From: a virus
Virus record (IMG/VR): IMGVR_UViG_3300044956_000431
Span: 45,985 to 109,984 of that record
Reading direction: 5' to 3' (one strand)
DNA: 64,000 bases
Shown: positions 57,310 to 64,000 of the stretch, piece by piece
Layout: each line of letters opens with the position of its first letter
Position numbering within the stretch: position 1 is the first letter of the stretch
Made by a program: the position numbers and the translations under genes
The notes under the pieces: generated by a model
Database searches by the model: none
What the model saw: the letters and a program-made list of their open reading frames with translations, nothing else
Told to the model about the DNA's origin: nothing

Positions 57310-58694
57310 TGCAACAGTTTTTTTATGATGAGCAGATAAGACGTTTCCTGCTTCAGTTTACTAGAATATTTTCAAACTTTCAGGTAGAGTATGGACGTAA
57401 TGATCAAGGAGTAAAAGGTTTGTTGCGTGTGCCTATTCGCTATGGTGATGCCAGTCGTCAGGCACAGACTGTGTTGCAGAACAACTCAGCCAACACATTG
57501 CCATCAACACCGTTGATGACTTTTTATATCACTGAACTACAATATGCTAGAGATCGAGTGCAAGAGCCTTACTTTGTTGACAAAACCAATGTGCGCCAAC
57601 GCTATTGGGACACAGACACACAAACCTACGAAACCACTCAGGGCAACGCTTTTACTATAGAACGCTTGATGCCTGTGCCTTTCAATCTTGGTATCAAACT
57701 AGATATATGGACTTCAAACACCAATCAGAAGTTCCAGATCTTGGAACAGATTGTTACCTTGTTTAATCCTGCGCTGGAAATACAAAGCACAGACAACTAT
57801 CTAGATTGGACTAGCTTGAGTGTGTGCGAGTTAGAAGCAGTGACCTGGTCATCGCGCACCATTCCACAGGGCACTGAAGACCCCATTGACATAGCGTCAT
57901 TGCAGTTTACTCTGCCAATATGGATATCACCACCTGCTAAAGTCAAAAAACTGGGCGTGGTGCAAAAGATCATTGCCAGTATGTATGACTCAGCTGGTGA
58001 TCTCACTGAAGCAGTGTATGGAGACCTGTTGTTGGGTACCAGACAAAAGTTTACTCCTTACAACTATCAAGTGTTGCTTATAGGCAATCAACTGCAGGTG
58101 CTGGAGCCATCAGCTGTGGTACCAGGCAAGGGCACTATCAACCCTGATACTTCTCCACCCAGCAACGTGATGTGGCATACAGTGGTCAACATGTTTGGTG
58201 ATTTGCAGAACGGCATCAGCCAGATCAGACTTGACAATCCCTATGATGATACTGTAATAGTAGGTACAGTGGCCTATCATCCCGCAGACGACAGATTCTT
58301 GCTGTTCACTGTGGACGAAGATACCATACCTCAAAACACACTGATGCCTGTGAATGCTATCGTAGATCCCCAACGCAACGGTCCTGATTCAGGACTACCT
58401 GCTGCCGCGGCAGGACAACGATATCTATTAGTTGGCGACATAGGTACACCTGACTACACAGCCGTTGCTCCTGCCTGGACTGGTATCAACGGAGAAGTGC
58501 TGTATGCTACTACCAATGACATCATCGAATACGACGGCGAAAAATGGAACATTGTATTTTTGCATACCAATCTCAGCGATGTGCAGTATGTGACCAATCT
58601 GACCACTGGTATACAGTATCGTTGGGCTGATGGCGTGTGGCTCAAGAGCTATGAAGGTTTGTATCCCGAAGGCGAGTGGAGTTTGGTTCTATGA
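57309..58694 (+). CDS. Tail terminator/sheath stabiliser (gp15-like) with a C-terminal extension
   Basis: FFYDEQIRR...FSNF, VPIRYG, PVPF, QILEQI..LFNP and F.LPIWISPP. Confidence 0.8.
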   Translation: MQQFFYDEQIRRFLLQFTRIFSNFQVEYGRNDQGVKGLLRVPIRYGDASRQAQTVLQNNSANTLPSTPLMTFYITELQYARDRVQEPYFVDKTNVRQRYWDTDTQTYETTQGNAFTIERLMPVPFNLGIKLDIWTSNTNQKFQILEQIVTLFNPALEIQSTDNYLDWTSLSVCELEAVTWSSRTIPQGTEDPIDIASLQFTLPIWISPPAKVKKLGVVQKIIASMYDSAGDLTEAVYGDLLLGTRQKFTPYNYQVLLIGNQLQVLEPSAVVPGKGTINPDTSPPSNVMWHTVVNMFGDLQNGISQIRLDNPYDDTVIVGTVAYHPADDRFLLFTVDEDTIPQNTLMPVNAIVDPQRNGPDSGLPAAAAGQRYLLVGDIGTPDYTAVAPAWTGINGEVLYATTNDIIEYDGEKWNIVFLHTNLSDVQYVTNLTTGIQYRWADGVWLKSYEGLYPEGEWSLVL

Positions 58695-59116
58695 ATGCAG
58701 TGGGTGTATGGTTTTATTCAGTGTCCACTGATCGTTATCTTTATCTATTGCGCAACGATGACAGACATCCTGGCACATGGGGCTTGCCAGGAGGAAAAAG
58801 TCAAAAGTCCGAAACTTTAATGGATACCATACGCAGAGAGTGTATAGAAGAACTGGGCTTTTGGCCCAAAGAAATCAAACTTGTACCTATTGAAAAGTTT
58901 ACCAGCCCTGACGGTAACTTCTATTATCACACGTTTTTGTGCAGTGTGGCTGGAGAGTTTACACCTATCTTAAATGACGAGCACCATGGCTGGGCGTGGA
59001 TTGATTCGAACGCTTGGCCCAAACCTTTGCATCCTGGTCTGTGGTCAACTGTGAACTTTGATGAAATCAAACAAAAAATGTCTACTGTGCAACAACAGTA
59101 TCAGACATCGCAGTGA
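58691..59116 (+). CDS. NUDIX hydrolase
   Basis: Intact Nudix box GKSQKSETLMDTIRRECIEELG; LNDEH. Confidence 0.88.
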   Translation: MNAVGVWFYSVSTDRYLYLLRNDDRHPGTWGLPGGKSQKSETLMDTIRRECIEELGFWPKEIKLVPIEKFTSPDGNFYYHTFLCSVAGEFTPILNDEHHGWAWIDSNAWPKPLHPGLWSTVNFDEIKQKMSTVQQQYQTSQ

Positions 59117-59775
59117 AGAATAAACTGTGCGTAATCTATCACTTCTGTATTTTTAAATACACGCCATTCATCATGTGGATAGGCTCCATCTGTGACAAAG
59201 TAGAATTTTGTGTTGGGGTAGGCTTCTAATACCTGTTTGATATCAATGATGTGCTTGTGATCAATGTGATACTCGTTGGTAGTGCCATCAATTCCCAACA
59301 AGAAAATTTCTTTGTGTCCGTCAAAGGCTGCCAAATATGCGGCAGCGGCTGGTGCAGCCAATCTCACGCAATACGGAATCAAATAGAACTCACCAGGCAT
59401 TTTTAAGCAGTTTGTGGTCAGTGTATATACCACTGAACGCTCGGCATAACCGGACGATACCAACTCATTCAGCACTGGAATGTCATATTCAATACAGAAA
59501 TCCAAGCGCATCTGCTTCCACAAACCTTCACAGCCATAGGTCTGTAGTTTTTTCTTTCCCAACAGGCCGCCACCGTGATTGGCCACAGCAGTGACTACAT
59601 CCTGACGTAGGCTATGACCATTGGCCACAACCACAGCACGCCCAGATATGTGTTGATTGATAATGGGATTAGCAATATATTCTCGTTCGGTGATTTTTTG
59701 ACCGTTTCTGTATGTTACCTTGGTTATAACATACTCTCCATTGTAGTCTGCTCGATACCGTTGTTTGTTTATCAT
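59101..59775 (-). CDS. Hypothetical protein, possibly Maf/DUF115-like glycosyltransferase fold
   Basis: VVANGHS, TYGC, AAYLA...GHKEIFLLGID. Confidence 0.5.
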   Translation of the reverse strand: MINKQRYRADYNGEYVITKVTYRNGQKITEREYIANPIINQHISGRAVVVANGHSLRQDVVTAVANHGGGLLGKKKLQTYGCEGLWKQMRLDFCIEYDIPVLNELVSSGYAERSVVYTLTTNCLKMPGEFYLIPYCVRLAAPAAAAYLAAFDGHKEIFLLGIDGTTNEYHIDHKHIIDIKQVLEAYPNTKFYFVTDGAYPHDEWRVFKNTEVIDYAQFILHCDV

Positions 59776-59866
59776 AGTCTTCCTGCTACCACTTCTATTA
59801 TACCCGCTGTTTCGCTGTCATAGCTTTCTAATGCTTTGCCTATGCGCGAGGTCTAGTTAATCCCAT
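59772..59866 (-). pseudogene. Deletion scar of a second tail-fibre-like gene
   Basis: MGLTRPRA joined out of frame to IGKALESYDSETAGIIEVVAGRL*, which matches the C-terminus of the upstream fibre (IGKALADFDGQDGVIEVVVGRV*). Confidence 0.75.
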
Positions 59867-59896
59867 TTGTTACTTAAGTCTAACTAATATTTATTG

Positions 59897-59928
59897 AAAA
59901 AAATAGGGCCAAGAATAGCCCTATTTTT
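59897..59928. terminator. Rho-independent terminator
   Basis: AAAAATAGGGC-loop-GCCCTATTTTT. Confidence 0.8.
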
Positions 59929-59945
59929 CTGCGTGAGCACGAGGG

Positions 59946-62900
59946 TTAAACTCGTCCTACAACGACCTCAATCACTCCGTCTTGACCATCAAAGTCTGCT
60001 AAAGCTTTGCCAATGATAGTACCTGCGCGAGCATTATTGTTGGCTCGGGCACGTCCGTCACCGGCAGCAACCATCAAATCACCTTTGCGAATTTGTCCAG
60101 TGACCTTGGTTGGTACACGGCCTTGTAACGCCACAGCAGCAACATAAGCTCCAGTTTGCCCAGAGTTCATTAAGTAGCTAGGGTTGGTAGAAATCACGCC
60201 TGCCACGCTGGTACAATCTGCTTCATTACAGAAAGTAATTTCTTTGGCTCCACCAAAACATACCACAGTGCCGGATTCATAGGCAGCATCTGATTCATAG
60301 TTTTCTGCCAAGTCAGCGTACTGTGCAGATGTAGCTTTGGCAAATATGGTATTGAAGGTATTGATTGATGTACCAATATTGCCCACGCCGTTGGCCTGTC
60401 CGTTTAGTATATCTGCTTTGACTGTCACAGATCCGTTGGCCACTGACACTACATTAGCATTGCCTCCAGCACTGATATTCACTGTTCCAGAGCTCAGTGT
60501 CTGTACATTAGAAGTCCCGTTGGCAATGGCCGTGACGTTGTTGGAGATCAATGTGCCTGGTGTGGTGCCATCTGGACCAAAAAATGCCAATGTATTTCCA
60601 GTGGTATTCTTCAGTACGATGTTACCTAACGTGATTGAGTTACCACCAAAATATCCATCTTTCCAACGCAGACTTGAACTTCCCAGATCGTAGGTCACAT
60701 TGGCAGTGGGCAACAGATTACCGGTAGCTTGGATATAATTGTCGCTGTCAGTTACTTCAATCATAGCCGAACCGTTGGCATTGGTAAGAACTCTTACTGT
60801 AGTTGTAGTTGTAATTTCACGAACTTCAATCAAGTCACCTATAGCAGGAGCTTCTGTAAATGTTAATGTTGTACCTTCTATCGCATAGGCTGTAGCAGGA
60901 ACCTGCACAATACCGTTGATAGAAACCAAACAGCTGAGGGTAGTATAGCCCGAGTTGATCGTAAACTCTGTTGTGCTTCCATCACCATTGAATGTCTCAC
61001 TTTGAATTAATGTAAAGACAGTATCTGTGGACCTCCACTGGTCACCATTATAGAACTCTAGAGATGATGTTGAGGTATTGAAACGCACCATACCACTAAC
61101 AGGTGTGTTCGGACGTTGTGCAGTATTACCAGCTGGTGCTAATATAGAAGTGTTAGAGTTAAATGATACAAGAGCACCTGTGGTTTGAGTTGAACTGCCA
61201 AAACTGATTGTTCCAGTTCCAGCATCAACGTACATTAAGTTAGCAGTGGTATCGCCGTTAACTGCAAAATCAGTATCTGAATTATCGCTGTTAACTGTAA
61301 CACGACCAGTGACGCTGATAATATTTGACGTTGTTAAATTACCAACATCGACTTGTAATCCTTGTTCAGTTACCTGTGCTATCACATCCGCAGCATCAGT
61401 GCCACCAACCATAAGCTGTATGGTCTTGCCTGCAGTTTCTGGGTTAAGAATCAAATTTCCGCCATGATTATGAACGTATGAATCATTTGGTCCATAGCCT
61501 GCATAGCTTGGGTCATTGAATGTACTGGAGTTGATACCTAAGTTTACATAAAAGTTTGAATCGTCTCCGTTGTCTGCTGTGGCAATATAGTCTGTTGATG
61601 CGGCTGTTCCGTTGTTAATATTTTGAAAGTTAAGTTGGCTGTATGAATTAACGTTACCAGCAAACTGCATGACAACGTTTGATCCCAACTGTGTAAATCC
61701 TTGAATACCTGCAAACGCCGCATTATTACCTGTGATTGTATTACCCAAGAATATAGCAGAGTTCGCATTCACTACACCAGTTGTGGCATTCAAGTTACCT
61801 AGTACATCTACGTTGCCTGTAAAGTTACCAGTTGCGGCTGCTACTTGACTGACGGTGTTTAAGTTTCCACCAGTGATATTGCCAGTGGCAAAAATTTGGC
61901 CCGAAGCGGAAATGTTTGCTAATGTGACGTTGCCTACAAGAGTTGTTGTGCCATTGACTGTTAAGTTACCACCAGTGATATTGCCAATGGCATCGATAGT
62001 GGTTGCAGCCGAAATAGCTGCATTGGATATTAAGTTTCCACCAGTAATATTGCCAGTGGCATTGATAGTGGTTGCAGCCGAAATAGCCGCATTGGATACT
62101 AAGTTTCCACCAGTGATGTCACCAGTGGCAAAGATAGCAGTAGCTGCAGAAATATTAGCGTTGGATACTAAGTTTCCACCAGTGATGTCACCAGTGGCAT
62201 TGATAGTGGTTGCAGCCGAAATAGCCGCATCGGATACTAAGTTTCCACCAGTGATGTCACCAACTACTGTCAGTGCATCTGTTGTGGCATTGTAGGTCAT
62301 ACCAGCATCGCCAGCAATGAGACCGTTGTCGTTGTACATGACCTGGGTGTTAGATCCAGGTGCTACAAAGTTGCCAGCTATATTTGCAGTAGCTGTTATG
62401 TTGCCTGTTGCAAAAACATTACCTGCTTGCAGTGTTCCAAAGCCGTTGACTGTGATCACATCATTGGCTATGCCAACACTATCTGCAATGATCATGTTAC
62501 CGGTTGAGTTGTCAAAACCCACGAATGCGTTGCCTGGACCAGTGGTGAAGTACGTCAATAACGTACCACGGTCTTTACCGTCGTTGCTGACTAGTGCATT
62601 ACCGTTGGCGCCGCCACCTAGTTGGATGATGGGATCTTCAACACGCAAGTCGTCAACGTTGATGTAGGTCAAATTGCCTTGAACTGCTAAGTTGCCGGCA
62701 ATCAAAGCATCACCGTTGATACTTAGGTTCCCGCCTTGAATCAGGCTGTTTGATATGATATTACCGCCAGTGATGTTTCCTGTAGCGGAAACTGTGGTTC
62801 CAAAACTACCAAGTCCTGTGGCAACAACGTTGGTTACGTTAATGTCGCCGCTTACTTGAAGATTGTCAAACACACCATCATTGGCTATGATATTGCCGCC

Positions 62901-64000
62901 ACTAATATTGCCAACAGCGTCAATTCTTCCGTTGGTTGAAATGTTGCCACCAGCTATGTTACCTGTTACATTTAATGCACTGGTTATATTACCACTGAGA
63001 CTAGATGTTCCTGTTACCTCTAGTGTACCAATGTCTGCTTTACCAGCAGTGGTTACGTTACCACCAGTGATATTGCCAGTGGCATTGATAGTGGTTGCAG
63101 CCGAAATAGCCGCATTGGATACTAAGTTTCCACCAGTGATGTCACCAGTGGCAAAGATAGCAGTGGCTGCAGAAATATTAGCGTTGGATACTAAGTTTCC
63201 ACCAGTGATGTCACCAGTGGCAAAAATTTGGCCCGAAGCGGAAATGTTTGCTAATGTGACGTTGCCTACAAGATTTGTTGTGCCATTGACTGTTAAGTTA
63301 CCACCAGTGATATTGCCAATGGCATCGATAGTGGTTGCAGCCGAAATAGCTGCATTGGATATTAAGTTTCCACCAGTAATATTGCCAGTGGCATTGATAG
63401 TGGTTGCAGCCGAAATAGCCGCATTGGATACTAAGTTTCCACCAGTGATGTCACCAGTGGCATTGATAGTGGTTGCAGCCGAAATAGCCGCATTGGATAC
63501 TAAGTTTCCACCAGTGATGTCACCAGTGGCAAAAATAGCAGTGGCTGCAGAAATGTTAGCGTTGGATACTAAGTTTCCACCAGTGATGTTACCAGTAGCA
63601 AAAATTTGGCCCGAAGCGGAAATGTTTGCTAATGTGACGTTGCCTACAAGATTTGTTGTGCCATTGACTGTTAAGTTACCACCAATATTGGCATTGTTGG
63701 TATGGAAGTCAGCATAGCTGGCAATGGTAACTGTGCTGGCATTTGTTGTATCGTTGGTGAAAACTGTGACAAATTCACCTACTGATTCGTCCCACACAAA
63801 AGCAATATTTTGGCTGGCGCCACGTTCGCCAATGAAGCCAATGTCTACACTTGGAGCGCCTGTTTGGTCAGCTGCCAAATAAAGAATAGGATCTTCAATA
63901 ACAACACTGACAGTGTCTATGGTTGTGGTTTGACCATTGACTGTAAGGTTGCCTGTAACAGTAAGGTCTGATCCGTAGACCAGGCTGTTAGCAATCTTTC
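59946..64000 (-). CDS. Long tail fibre-like protein, 5' end beyond the window
   Basis: Frame open to the window edge; G/N/T/A-rich ATGNITGGNL repeats; C-terminal YADLAENY...GRVP.KV.G...GKAL chaperone-like domain. Confidence 0.85.
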   Translation of the reverse strand, partial: KIANSLVYGSDLTVTGNLTVNGQTTTIDTVSVVIEDPILYLAADQTGAPSVDIGFIGERGASQNIAFVWDESVGEFVTVFTNDTTNASTVTIASYADFHTNNANIGGNLTVNGTTNLVGNVTLANISASGQIFATGNITGGNLVSNANISAATAIFATGDITGGNLVSNAAISAATTINATGDITGGNLVSNAAISAATTINATGNITGGNLISNAAISAATTIDAIGNITGGNLTVNGTTNLVGNVTLANISASGQIFATGDITGGNLVSNANISAATAIFATGDITGGNLVSNAAISAATTINATGNITGGNVTTAGKADIGTLEVTGTSSLSGNITSALNVTGNIAGGNISTNGRIDAVGNISGGNIIANDGVFDNLQVSGDINVTNVVATGLGSFGTTVSATGNITGGNIISNSLIQGGNLSINGDALIAGNLAVQGNLTYINVDDLRVEDPIIQLGGGANGNALVSNDGKDRGTLLTYFTTGPGNAFVGFDNSTGNMIIADSVGIANDVITVNGFGTLQAGNVFATGNITATANIAGNFVAPGSNTQVMYNDNGLIAGDAGMTYNATTDALTVVGDITGGNLVSDAAISAATTINATGDITGGNLVSNANISAATAIFATGDITGGNLVSNAAISAATTINATGNITGGNLISNAAISAATTIDAIGNITGGNLTVNGTTTLVGNVTLANISASGQIFATGNITGGNLNTVSQVAAATGNFTGNVDVLGNLNATTGVVNANSAIFLGNTITGNNAAFAGIQGFTQLGSNVVMQFAGNVNSYSQLNFQNINNGTAASTDYIATADNGDDSNFYVNLGINSSTFNDPSYAGYGPNDSYVHNHGGNLILNPETAGKTIQLMVGGTDAADVIAQVTEQGLQVDVGNLTTSNIISVTGRVTVNSDNSDTDFAVNGDTTANLMYVDAGTGTISFGSSTQTTGALVSFNSNTSILAPAGNTAQRPNTPVSGMVRFNTSTSSLEFYNGDQWRSTDTVFTLIQSETFNGDGSTTEFTINSGYTTLSCLVSINGIVQVPATAYAIEGTTLTFTEAPAIGDLIEVREITTTTTVRVLTNANGSAMIEVTDSDNYIQATGNLLPTANVTYDLGSSSLRWKDGYFGGNSITLGNIVLKNTTGNTLAFFGPDGTTPGTLISNNVTAIANGTSNVQTLSSGTVNISAGGNANVVSVANGSVTVKADILNGQANGVGNIGTSINTFNTIFAKATSAQYADLAENYESDAAYESGTVVCFGGAKEITFCNEADCTSVAGVISTNPSYLMNSGQTGAYVAAVALQGRVPTKVTGQIRKGDLMVAAGDGRARANNNARAGTIIGKALADFDGQDGVIEVVVGRV
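61856..63690. repeat. 69-bp and 102-bp coding repeat units in two arrays (about 61856-62260 and 63060-63690)
   Basis: Near-identical GATACTAAGTTTCCACCAGTGATGTCACCAGTGGC units with a 378-bp higher-order period. Confidence 0.9.

Noticed and set aside
61856-63690. CRISPR array or DGR template/variable repeat
   Set aside because: The repeats are in-frame coding units without unique spacers or adenine-specific variation, and no reverse transcriptase or cas gene is in the window
61855-63717. Long plus-strand ORFs (146, 116 and 284 aa)
   Set aside because: Antisense shadows of the repetitive tail-fibre frame
1-64000. tRNA, rRNA, introns, integrase or transposase
   Set aside because: None recognised by eye; intergenic gaps are short and explained by promoters, terminators or scars. 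tRNAscan-SE and Infernal would be needed to exclude them formally

Overview
A 64-kb segment of a large T4-like (myovirus, probably jumbo) phage genome, densely coding and mostly on the minus strand. The host is probably a proteobacterium, judged from the IscU sequence and sigma70-type promoters. Replication and recombination genes include a DnaB/gp41 helicase, primase, a stand-alone mini DnaE-like polymerase fragment, a probable gp62 clamp-loader subunit, UvsW, UvsX, UvsY, gp32 SSB and a DEDDh exonuclease. Packaging and virion genes include terminase, gp4, tail tube, a ~1090-aa tail sheath, neck proteins, a tail terminator and a repeat-rich tail fibre. Interleaved with these is a large enzymatic cargo: IscU, two radical SAM proteins, four SGNH-fold proteins, an amidinotransferase, a ~8-kb glycosyltransferase/methyltransferase cluster and a 2OG-Fe(II) pair. 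Features not visible in the ORF track are a decayed dNMP kinase pseudogene, two very short intergenic scars that look like genes with almost the whole body deleted, a recurring TAAATA late-promoter motif 4-8 nt upstream of start codons (including a palindromic bidirectional copy), and a conserved TTGAC-N17-TA(C/A/T)AAT early promoter with an extended -10. No tRNA, rRNA, CRISPR array or intron/intein was recognised. All family calls come from motif recognition by eye, not database searches.
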